From: an uncultured bacterium
GTDB taxonomy: Bacteria > Margulisbacteria > WOR-1 > CAVSGV01
Reading direction: 5' to 3'
Length of the DNA stretch: 64,000 nt
NCBI GenBank assembly: GCA_963768305.1
Contig: CAVYHE010000009.1
Span: forward strand, 114,534-178,533
In this document: piece by piece, positions 33,228-43,683 of the stretch
Position numbering within the stretch: the first letter of the stretch is position 1
Layout: the number at the start of each line of letters is the position of its first letter
The notes under the pieces: model-generated
The model's input: only the letters and a program-made list of their open reading frames with translations
Database searches by the model: none
Told to the model about the DNA's origin: nothing
Translations under genes and position numbers: made by a program

Positions 33228-36200
33228 TTATTTAGCTCCTTTTTGGTCCAATGGGATAAAGCGGTACTTTTTATAAGGCGTCGCTCCGAACCTGTCCCCG
33301 TAATCTATCTCAAGCCAGCTCGCCTGCCCGACACGGTGCGAATATACGTCTATCCTTATATCGGTCACATCTTCGGATACGCTGGCCAGATCATGCATTG
33401 TGGAAGGCACCTTGTCCGGAGGGATCTCTCCCAACAGGATATTATTGAAACCGAAGAATTTTATCTTGAACCTGCCGTTCCCCGCGTTCACTTTCCTCCC
33501 GTGAGTTATATATTTCCATAATGGCTGTCCCCTTTCTTTTCTTGACAGATGTCTGCCGCGCAGCGCCGTCATTAGGCTGAAAAGAGGATCATTGGGATTG
33601 GTTATTCTCCTGAGATCCTCTATCTTCCAGTTTAAATGCGGGCAGATCGATTCCAATGCCTGGAACGCGATATTGTATTCATGAGAGCCGCAGGTATATC
33701 TTATGCCCGCGTATCCGTCCTGGAGCTGCAGATGCTTAAAAGTGTCGACATTTTGCCTTTCGTGTTCCAGATATTTCCCCATCGGGATATTTTTGTTCCA
33801 TTTCACCGGCTCGATTATTCGAATGGTCTTGAAGTCTTTCGCGTTCTCCTGGAGTTCCGTTCCAAGCTGAATTGACGAAGCAAAGTCAAGATATGCTTCA
33901 TCGATGATCGAATCGTCATCGGCAGGAATGATATGCAAGAATCCCGGCTTTTCCTCTACCCAAGCAAGCTTGTTCCCGGATTTTTGAACTAACTCTTCCC
34001 CTTTCGGCAAATATTTTATCGCCCATTTATGCTGAGCATCCACAAAACCGGTCGGTTCACTTTGCATGAACACCCATGTTATCCTGCCGTTAGGACCATG
34101 GCCGGGCCTCCAGCAAATGGGGTCAACCGGGTCCGGAGGCAGATTGTCTATGTCGCTGTAAAATCCTCTCACCCTTATCATCTTGCCCTGTATGAGCAGA
34201 TCTATATCCACTAACTGGGCGCCGGCAGGAAGGGGGTTATTTATTAGCTCTATCTCATCCGAAGAGGATTGCGAAAGCCCCAGGACCTTCCGGTAAGCGG
34301 GCTCTTCCCGGTTGAAATATATATATTTCGAGGTCCGCGAAGAATGATCATAGGCGGGATTGTATATCCTGATATATTTCGGGGGAATAAGGTCCCATTG
34401 GAACGATTCTCCGTCGGGATGGACAATGCCCACCCTGTATAAGTTGTCCCCTACGTGGGTCTGTAAATTAGAAACGTTCGCATTTTTTGTCGGGGTCTGA
34501 TCATCGCAGTCGGAAGCTTTTCTGATGACCTGCGTCAATGGAACGGAATAACAGCCTAGATACCACTTGTAAAGCCGTTCCATTTCACTTCTTTTTTGCC
34601 CGCTAGACAGATCATTTTCCACCCTTTCCAGCTCTTCCGCCAGATCGGTGAATTCCTTGCCCTTTATCCTCAGAAGTTCGTATGCCCTTCTGATAAGAGG
34701 TTGGAATTTTTCCTTGTCCATATTGAACCAGCCTGTTGTCGAAGGACCGTTCAGCAAATGCCTCATTCTCGGAACATAACAATTCAAGTTGGTCCCGCTG
34801 TAACTATTTCCGCTGAAATGGTCCCCCAGATGTCTTATTACTTCGATCAGGTCTCTGTATGCTATATTGACATCGCCCGTGTTTTGGTAAATGTCCCATT
34901 TGTCCCGGAATTGATCGTATATTTCCTTCTGCCAGGCTTCTACCGCCGGATTGACCACCGTAGATGCCTCCCTCAGCTCCGCTACTTTATCGGCCGACTC
35001 AAAGGGGTGCGCTTCCACGAGATAAGCCACCTGGGTCCTTGGATGCGGCATGATCAGCATGTTGATGAATTTCGAAAAATTCCTCGTCTTCTCCACCACA
35101 TAAGTGTTTATTCTCAAAACACTCTTATTAAATTTACTCCTGGCCCCGTCAGAGAATCAGAGGGTCAAAGGTCGCAAAGACCGAAAGGATAGAGTTAAGC
35201 TGCCAGCCGTTGGAATGGATGCCGGAATGAAAATCTCCCCTCAACGCCCAGTTGCCCATAAGGAAAGTGGCAAAAGGCCAAATGAACTCCCCGCCGGACA
35301 GCATGATCCCAGCGCCAAGAGCAGGCCCATATTTAAAGCCGAGCTGCGTCAGTTTAGAGCCAAGCAAGGAGGCTATGGGCATCCTGTCTGCCTGCCCGTG
35401 TTTGATCCCCTGATAAAGCGCTTCGGCAGCTTTTTTCCCGAGGTATCTGTTCAACAGCAACCCCGCCGGGATAAATAAGCCTTGTATCGCGGTCGCGTCA
35501 AGCGGAAGACCGTGCGCTATGATGACAAGAGTTGCCGCGTAAAGGATCAGCCTTGTCGCAAGATAATGGTTCTGCGCCCAGAGCGTCAGATGCGGCAGCA
35601 AGAGATTGTCTTTGACCTGTTTATCCGTGTAGGATTGTAACAGCCCATATTGCGCGTCTATCCCTCTTCTTATGTCCGATACCGTTTTCCACCCCACGAT
35701 CATGCCCAGCCCCGTTCCTATGGCAAGAGGCACTTTCCAGGAAATGCCTTTTAACGCGGCCAAGATGTCAACGCCGGTACCGGCCACGGCATTGGTTGCC
35801 AGGTATAAACCGCCTAACAGGGCCACCCAAAAAAGCCTTTTCCCGACACCGGTTATTTTTGCGGTCACGGAATAAGGATTCTTTGTCTTGATGATCATGG
35901 AGGCCAAACTGAAAGCGGCCAGTCCCGCGATGGCAAAAGGAACTATGTTCGCTGACAAGACCGCGGTCACTGCCGCACTGGCATACGCGAGAGTCGGGCT
36001 CGCGAGGAAAAGGAGGCTGGCGGCTTTTACAAGCCCTTTCGCGGAAAGCAGCGAAGAACTTTTTTCGGGCAGTCCCCACTTTGCGGAGGTTTTGAGCGAC
36101 GCCTGGGTATTTTCAATGAGCTTCTCCATCCCGGGATAAAGCAACTTGTTGGTCCTTGTGATCTCTTCAGCTTGGCATTTTAATGCTTCGGCGTGATCGA

Positions 36201-36513
36201 TGTTTTCATGATCGCCGCTCTTTATCGCCTTTGTGAATATTTTTATGCTGCTTCCTGCTCCCTGCACTTCCGCCAGCGAGGTCTGTATCTCGCCGATGCT
36301 ATGTGTCGCATCAATGTTCTTAAATGCCACGGAGGTGATATCAGTTATCCTGCGGGGTGTATCGACTGCCAATGGATGCCGCATGAACACTTTGAAATCG
36401 TTCGGGCGCATCGCGAACGCGGAACGGGACGGCATCCTGCCGTTAGACTTAACGATGTTAAGTTTTTGCCCGATATTTGGTTTTGTAAAATTAATCCCTG
36501 CCATTTTCCCCAC
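33228..36513 (-). CDS. N-terminal half of a diverged GT2: multi-TM region (35149-36513) probably joined by a frameshift to the cytoplasmic domain (33228-35117)
   Basis: Multiple TM helices, then P..QVAYLVEAHPFES (cf. P.VDV.IPTYNE), YVPR, TKNANVSN (cf. KAGNLN), IIPADDDS (DxD); the frame of the downstream ORF stays open back to about 35155. Confidence 0.5.
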
Positions 36514-36565
36514 TTCCCAAATAAGCTAAAAATATCATTTCCGCCTTGTACTCCCCTCTATATAT

Positions 36566-36593
36566 ATATCGTCAAAAATGGTCGGAAATTTCA
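36566..36593 (-). promoter_or_regulatory. Sigma28-like promoter element, copy 6
   Basis: TGAAA-N15-GACGATAT. Confidence 0.75.
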
Positions 36594-36659
36594 TAGTGGA
36601 AAAGGGGTTTTGGGAGGCATGCGGCGGGGATTTAGATCAGTATGCGGACCTCGCCTGTT

Positions 36660-39103
36660 TCATGCTTTTTTTCTGGAATCCTTATTTATCTTTTTTAATA
36701 ATTTTTGGTATGACTCCAAGGCGGAAACTGTGAATATGGTGCACCAGGAATTTATATCATAAAGGTCGGTTCCGGTCTCATTTTCGCCGTATCTAATGCC
36801 TCCGTTAATATGCTTATTCGAAGTTTGTAAATGCTGAAAATCCCTTAATCTGCCCGCAATTGCGCTAAGGTTCGCAAAATATTTTTCATGCAGATAACCC
36901 TGCTCTCATAAGAATGGAACCCAGACGAAGCGTCTGCGCCGTGCCATCGGATCTTTGGAATGGCAAAAATTCGCCCTTCCTGAACATGAACCTTATTCCG
37001 CCGTCAGAAAGCTGGTTATCCAGCAGCCATATGGGTCGCTTTGCTTGCGGCATGCATGAATTTCACCGCTAGATCGCGGTTTTTATGGTGCCTCAACAGG
37101 AATAAGCCGGTTGAAAGAAGCCCTTCCGCCGCATAGCAGTGCGGATGAGCATGCGTCGCATCTTCATTCGGCTCGGTAATGAAGCGCCCGCTTGGGCGCT
37201 GAAATTTCAACGCATTCTCGCATAAAGAAATTGCAGTATCAAAATAGACCTTATTTTTCGTTTGCTCGTATAATCGCAGGAATCCCTCCGCGTTCTTGGC
37301 ATGGAACGCTCCGGCATGCATGGACCAATTTTCAAAGGAATTCATCGGCTGCTTAGTCGCAGGATCAAAATAAGAATAAAAACCGCTCTGTCCCATTTTC
37401 AGATCGTTTATCAAAAAAGCGGCTATCTTTTCTGCTGTTTCCAGATATTTTTCTTCCACTTTCAGATCTTTTTCTTCCTTTGTTATCCTGTAAACATCCA
37501 CCAATCCTTTGAGTATAGTCCCGTTGTCAAAACCATAACAATAACGATGACGGTCCGGCATGTCCGCAGAAGATCTGTATATCCTTGCGGGGACCGCCAG
37601 TCCGCTGCCGGTAGGTTTTAGTATGTTATCAACAGAATCTGCGGCCATGATAGCATGGGCCTAAAAGCTCTTTTTTATTATGGGAGGCTCTTGTACAACT
37701 GCAAAAAAGAGCTCATTGCATATCCCGTTATTTCAGGATAAATAAAAGGATATTCTCCGCCGTTCTTCCTGAATCGAACTTCTCCCGACAGGCCGGGACG
37801 GAACAATTTCGGCCGATAATAACCCTTTATGCGCCCCTGCTCATCTTGAATGCCGGACCTGATAAGCCATCTTATCGCGGAATTTTCACTTTTCTTAAGG
37901 TCTTCATCGTCGACCTTGACGGGGAAATGGAAATATTTGATCAATCGTTCAACTATCCGTTTGGCCGCATCCCCTTTCCCATAGACATCGCTTTTCCCGC
38001 TGGACATCTTTTTGTGGGTTGCCGGATCTGATAATATTTTTTCGACATATTTAACGATAGTGTCGGTATCGTGTATGCCTGCAAGAATAGCGGTGCCGGA
38101 TTCAACAGATTCCTTGCGTTCTGTGATATTCTTGACTATTACTGTAGGTTTTTTTAAAATAGTGGCTTCTTCCGTAAGTCCGCCCGAATCAGTTATCACC
38201 AACTTGCATTTTTTCAGCAGAAAAAGTGTGGACAAATAATCCCCTGGTCTTATCAAGTAAATATTTTTTACATTTTTGAGACTGGAATAAGCGACTTTTT
38301 TGACCGCAGGATTCAAATGGACGGGATAAATAATGTTTATTTCGGGATGCTTCAACGCGATTGTCTTAATGGCGTCAAAGATCACTTTCATCGGTTCCCC
38401 GATGTTTTCGCTCCTGTGGCAGGTGAACAGAATGAATTCCTTGTTGTCTTTCAATATTTCGTCCACGGGCAGACGGCGATACTTCCTGGGATTCTTCAGA
38501 ATATAATTCACGGCATCAACGACGGTATTTCCAGTCATGAATATTTCATTTCGCGGAACACGCTCTTTCAATAAGTTATTGGCGGCAATATCTGTAGGCG
38601 CAAAATTCAATGAAGTAACTCTTGAGATCATGCTCCGGAAAGCTTCTTCCGGATAAGGGGAGAATCTATTATAGGTTCGGAGGCCCGCTTCCACATGCGC
38701 CACGGGAATTTTATGAAAAAACGCGCATATCGCCGCGGCAAAAGCGGTCTCAGTATCACCCTGTACAAGGACCAATGACGGTCTTTCTTTGTCATATACC
38801 GGCCCCAGTTTCACAACCAACCTGTTCAACAGATCTTCCTTTTTTTGTAAAGGACGCATTGTTTCCAAGCGATAAGAATTTATAATCCTTTTGCCTTATC
38901 CCGAAAAGCGGAAGTATCCCCCGGCTCAACTGTTTATGCTGCCCTGTATGAATAATGATGGGGGTAAAATGATCCGCATTCTCGTGCAATTCCTTTATCA
39001 CCGGAGCCATCTTTATCATATCGGGCCGGGTGCCGAATACGACGGCGATCTTAGCGGGTTTAGCCCCGAATCTTTTTATAGCTTGTGCACCTTTTATGTT
39101 CAA
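36660..39103 (-). CDS. wecB: UDP-N-acetylglucosamine 2-epimerase (non-hydrolysing) fused to an (alpha/alpha)-barrel domain; multiple frameshifts
   Basis: VVFGTRPDMIKMAP, HTGQH, VQGDT, HVEAGLRT, TGNTVVDA, TDSGG, YGKGDAAKRI; in-frame continuation WLIRSGIQ..YPEITGY, then FDNG, HPHCYAAEG, RSDGTAQ, NSWCTIF to the stop near 36660. Confidence 0.75.
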
Positions 39104-39125
39104 CTGTTGCCTCCGTGCCGAAAAA

Positions 39126-40988
39126 TTAACATTTTTTGAATTCCTTGATGTTGCGGATCAGTTCGTTTAAAACATCATCGGGAAGCTTTTTGCCCGTCTC
39201 ATCAACGACCTCGAATATCAGGATGCTTGCGTTGTTCTTTGTCAGGCTCCAATCGGCCCTTATGCTCAAGGGGAAAGGCTTTCCGTTAAAAGTGAATTTA
39301 CTGCCTAAAAACACGTCCAATGCCGCGCGCAAACGCATGCCCTCATTTGAAACCACTGTGATCTCCGTGCTGTCCGGCACCACATCAGTGCTTCCGTCAA
39401 CGACCCTGATCACCGGATCTTTTTCTTCTTTTTTTCCTGCCATTTGTAGCAGGTAAATTTCAAACAGGGCCCTGAGCTGCTGAATTTGTTCCATGAGCCT
39501 GTCAATGGATGCGTCTTCAAAATGCTTGGTCGGCATGCCGCCTATGCAAAGCTGGGCGAACTCCCTGTCCGTTGTCTCATCGATAAGGTAAGTCCGCTTC
39601 TCATCCATCGACATATATGTTTCGGTCTCCAAAGGTATCTTGACCATGCCGGTTTTCGGCGTGATCAGAAGTTCTCCGCCTGTTCCTTTTTCTTCGCTGT
39701 AAGGGTCCAGCACTCCTCCAACAAAGGTGATGTTCTCGACGCAGGAGTTGGCTCCGATAATATTCGGCGAATGAGGATCGCTTGAAGGGAAAAATACACA
39801 ATTTTTCGCTCTGACGCCTTCCTCTATGACCACGCCTTCCCTTACAACACATTTTTCAAGATATGCCCCTTTTTTGACGATCGCCCCGTGACTTATTATG
39901 CATTTTTTCAACATGGCATCAGGAGCTATCGCATTAGCGTCAAGTTTCCCGTCGTGTTTACCCTGCCATCCCCATGTCATCATTTTCCAGAAAACCCCGT
40001 CTTCCAGACCTGAATCGATCTTCCCGTCCAGAATGTCCATGTTCGCCTGCCAGAGCCTTTGTTTTGAGCCCACATCAAGCCAGTAGGTCTTTTTGCCGTC
40101 GCTTTCATCCGGCATCAAGAAAGCCTGGAAAAAATATTTTTCCGGATTTTGCAATATCCAGGGGAACACATGGCGTGACATATCATAAAAATATTTACCC
40201 GGGACCTCTATCTCTCCTTCGGAAGGATAGTATGATACTTTAGGGATAATATCCTTTATAAGATCACCGTCGATTATAACAATGGCGGAATCACCCAGGT
40301 TGCCAAGGCATCTTCTTCTCGGCAGCTTTTCCGCATACCCGATCACGTCAAAGAATTTTTGACCTGTCTTCATTGCTTCTTTGAACCATTTCTCTGTTTC
40401 GTTCTCGAACTCCGCCCAATCATGAAAATCCCCTCTTTTCGGCATTCCGTTCAATCGAACTGACCCGAAATTCACCATCATGTCCCAATTTTGGATCGGG
40501 TTCACCATTATCGTTATGCCTGGCTTCATGCTTTTTTGCGCCTTTTCACAATGCCCCTTTATCATCGGCTGAAGGTTAACATTGTGAATAACGTCCCCGT
40601 GAAGTATCAAAGCGGATTCTTCACTGTTGATGCCGCTCACCTGAGCCAGATTTTTTACCGATCCACCCGTGCCAAACAGCCTGTTTTCGTCGACCCAGTT
40701 TATTTCCATCCCTGCATTCCGGAAAACATCTATGGCTTTGTAATTCCTGATAGATTCCGCGTTAGTGTGAAGATTTATCCAGACCTTGTTCAAGCCGGCT
40801 TTTTTTGCGGCTTCCAGGGAGAAGTCGATCGCCTTCCTGTTCCCGACGATAGCGGCAGGCTTTGCAAAAGGATATTTCGGCGACTGAATTAAAGGATGGA
40901 ATTTCCTGTGCATCCAGAGCTTGAAGCCGGACCCGCCGGCCAGGATAAAACATTTATATTTAGATGAAACTTCACTGTTAATGGCCAT
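39126..40988 (-). CDS. NDP-sugar pyrophosphorylase (mannose-1-P guanylyltransferase/GlgC-like) with LbH domain and extra C-terminal domain
   Basis: ILAGGSG, KP, GTGGSVK, HGD, EKLP, YWLDVG and hexapeptide repeats. Confidence 0.8.
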   Translation of the reverse strand: MAINSEVSSKYKCFILAGGSGFKLWMHRKFHPLIQSPKYPFAKPAAIVGNRKAIDFSLEAAKKAGLNKVWINLHTNAESIRNYKAIDVFRNAGMEINWVDENRLFGTGGSVKNLAQVSGINSEESALILHGDVIHNVNLQPMIKGHCEKAQKSMKPGITIMVNPIQNWDMMVNFGSVRLNGMPKRGDFHDWAEFENETEKWFKEAMKTGQKFFDVIGYAEKLPRRRCLGNLGDSAIVIIDGDLIKDIIPKVSYYPSEGEIEVPGKYFYDMSRHVFPWILQNPEKYFFQAFLMPDESDGKKTYWLDVGSKQRLWQANMDILDGKIDSGLEDGVFWKMMTWGWQGKHDGKLDANAIAPDAMLKKCIISHGAIVKKGAYLEKCVVREGVVIEEGVRAKNCVFFPSSDPHSPNIIGANSCVENITFVGGVLDPYSEEKGTGGELLITPKTGMVKIPLETETYMSMDEKRTYLIDETTDREFAQLCIGGMPTKHFEDASIDRLMEQIQQLRALFEIYLLQMAGKKEEKDPVIRVVDGSTDVVPDSTEITVVSNEGMRLRAALDVFLGSKFTFNGKPFPLSIRADWSLTKNNASILIFEVVDETGKKLPDDVLNELIRNIKEFKKC

Positions 40989-41012
40989 CCCCTCCCAGGT
41001 CCCCGAAAATGC

Positions 41013-41729
41013 TTAAAACTCCGCCTTTCTTGCGATTCGAAAACCGATGAATTCTGCTCGGTCATCCGGGAGGAAGCCGTGCCGGTCTGTCGCGCAAAGA
41101 TCATCTTCCGCCGCGACCGATCTTAAGCTTCCGCGGATCTCCATTTCTCCCCCGTGTAAAGGACCTTTTGGATCTTTGATATCTATTGGATCAAAATCGC
41201 CATATTTTGTGCTTGTCCATTCAAAATTATCCCTGAAAAGGCGTTTCGGATACAAGCCCTCCCAGCACAGCTCGCGCGACATGCGCGCGACGAATTCCCA
41301 TTGAGCGGAAGACGGAATGAAATATTTGGCCCCGGTTCTTTTACTGATCCAATTCACATAAGCAAGGGCCTCCGAGAAATTAACGCATGACAAAGACTGG
41401 TCAGGCTTGCCTTTTTTAAGGATATTTATAAGCTTTTCCGCGTCATTGCCAACGATCGAATAATGAGCATCAGATAGAAAATATCTAAAATCGCCGACAG
41501 TGACCTTGTTCACTCCGATATAAAAAGGCCTTGTAATGAACACTTCGGCGGCTAAGGCTTTCTTCTCGCCAAAAAGCTGGCTTCCAGCCGCAGGGAACGA
41601 ACCAGCCCTTATATATGCCATCCTCGGCGCACGGAGATTTGACCCATGTTTTGATCTCCCGATACAGAAAGCTTCGCCGTTCGAATACAATCGTATTGTC
41701 CTTCCAGAAGGCTCCCATGGTAATCTCAT
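41013..41729 (-). CDS. FGE-sulfatase (SUMF1/C-type lectin fold) domain protein, degenerate
   Basis: VTVGDF...CVNFSEALAYVNW...PSSAQWEFVAR...EW...IRG...IGFRIAR. Confidence 0.75.
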   Translation of the reverse strand: MRLPWEPSGRTIRLYSNGEAFCIGRSKHGSNLRAPRMAYIRAGSFPAAGSQLFGEKKALAAEVFITRPFYIGVNKVTVGDFRYFLSDAHYSIVGNDAEKLINILKKGKPDQSLSCVNFSEALAYVNWISKRTGAKYFIPSSAQWEFVARMSRELCWEGLYPKRLFRDNFEWTSTKYGDFDPIDIKDPKGPLHGGEMEIRGSLRSVAAEDDLCATDRHGFLPDDRAEFIGFRIARKAEF

Positions 41730-41781
41730 CGTTATCCCTCCTTGATCAAAAAACCCGACATTCTTGCTTGGACCCTACATA

Positions 41782-41809
41782 TTATCGACAATATTCAATG
41801 AAAATTTCA
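41782..41809 (-). promoter_or_regulatory. Sigma28-like promoter element, copy 7
   Basis: TGAAA-N15-GTCGATAA. Confidence 0.75.
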
Positions 41810-41902
41810 CTTTTAAGAGGGTTAGTTTTTGAGGGATTTTCACGGTTCTGTAAAGGGGATAATGGATCTCATGACAGGCAATGCAGCGGCTTTTAACGTC
41901 TC

Positions 41903-43531
41903 TTAGACCTGAACGTCAATAAGTTCAAAATTATTCTTGAATAATTTATCTGCAAGGTTTTCTTTTGCCGATTTATCCTTTGAAAGAAGGATATCAAGAA
42001 CGGCGAATACCTTATGCGCCATCATAGTATAAAAAGTACTGTAGCTGATATTATCTGTAAGGATATTACTATAAAGAAATTTCTGCTTATCATGCTTTGC
42101 TACCTGCTGAGGGCCTTTCATGCCCAAAAATAGGTTGCGCGGCCCTTCATAAATCTGCAGCTTTTGTGAATTGGCGGTTATCATTTTTGAGAATTCGTCC
42201 CCCATCCAGGAATCATAACCCAGTATGTTGATGAAATTTTCACCCACGTTAGATTGAACACAAGTCGACTTTGAAATTATATCTATCGGCGCGGTTTCAT
42301 CATTAACCTCATCTTTACGGTATTCGGCGCCTTTTATTAAACTATCCACATTCATCCCATAGAATGTGGAAATTCAAAACTTCGGGTGGTTTCTCTCCGA
42401 CGCGCGAATATGGTATCCTTGAGGTTTCAATAATTTCTCCGTTTCCGAAATATCCTCCGATCTGGTTATTGGCGTTCGCTATGGCCACGGCGAACATCGC
42501 CGCATCAGTGGAGCCAAATTTGGCCAGCAATGCCGGGAAAAAATAATACCACAGGAACTCATCTCCGTTGGAGCTTGCTATCGTTTTTATGCCAAGGTTT
42601 TTCATCGCTTCCAATATTCCGTACTGATATGAAAGCGTGGCGTTATCTCCGTGCCCCGCGGGATACAGTCCTAGCAGCGGCTTGGTCACATCGGCAATAT
42701 CATAGCGTTGCAACACTCTCTGGTTCCAGCATATTATGTCATCCCCCCACTCACTCGCTTCGGTATTTTCATTGATATATTTTGAGAAAGGATCGGCGGT
42801 CGCGTAAGTATTCATTATGAAATGGGGCGTTCGCACTCCTACAGCACCGGAGATCTTGCGAATAACATTGACCAGGATGCCCTTGAAGGTCTTGCCTGTA
42901 GAGGGAATAGGATAGAGGCTTCTGGGTGTTTGCGGGTTTACCCTATAATGTTCTACATACGACCCAAATTCAGCTTTTGAAAGCTCTTTAGCTGCTCTTG
43001 TACCCGCTCCACCGCCTACGTCCAATATACCGACAGAACCAAAACCGTTTTTCTTTTCATTTTGCCCCCATATTTCAAGGCCTGTTTCAAACGCTTCAAG
43101 AAAATCGATGTGATCTTTAAATAATGGGTCTACCTTTCCCTTGCGCGGATCATCATCCTTAAGCAGACCATAGGTAAATGGCTTCATTTCAGTAATAGGT
43201 GTGGGGGTGAATTCCTTGTCAGATAATCTGTTATACATTTCGACGATGTCTCTTTGAAATTTGAAAAATTTTCTGCCAGCACATTTGAATTGTTATTATT
43301 GCCTCCTCCTAAAGGCCCTATGCATTGTGGAAGCTTAATATAATCACCAAGCAAAGGCATCCTTTTTTCTGTTATTTCATCCCGCACTCGTGCCTGAAAG
43401 TTATTATCAAAGTTTTGAATGGTTAATGCCGGGTGAAGCGGATTGGCTCCCGTTTTGCGGATATCGGACGCGGTCGCAAATCTATGTCGGTGCGCAGACG
43501 GGATAGCCTCAATGATTGATTTGATCGCCAT
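41903..43531 (-). CDS. UDPGP-family (UTP-glucose-1-P uridylyltransferase-like) paralog 1; two frameshifts
   Basis: ORFs 43184-43531, 42342-43238 and 41903-42355 together align end-to-end with the intact paralog 43684-45273; GGGAGTR, PAGHGD, SNGD. Confidence 0.7.
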
Positions 43532-43564
43532 AAAAGATTTCTCCTTCTAACTGTTTGCATATAT

Positions 43565-43592
43565 ACATCGTCACTTTTTCTTAGAAATTTCA
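43565..43592 (-). promoter_or_regulatory. Sigma28-like promoter element, copy 8
   Basis: TGAAA-N15-GACGATGT. Confidence 0.7.
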
Positions 43593-43683
43593 TTTTTAAG
43601 AAAGTTTTTCAAGAGGTCTATTTCGGCAATTCAAAGGAAATAAAGGCCCTCGCTGATGGAACTATGGAAGCTTTTAAAGGCTT

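Noticed and set aside
35100..35117. MRINT N-terminus of ORF 33228-35117 as a flagellin-like export signal
   Set aside because: The start is a TTG in a frame that is open further upstream; it is more likely internal to a frameshifted fusion with 35149-36513
30363..35117. GT2 insertions as inteins
   Set aside because: No C/S-start and HN-C/S/T-end splice motifs or LAGLIDADG blocks recognised
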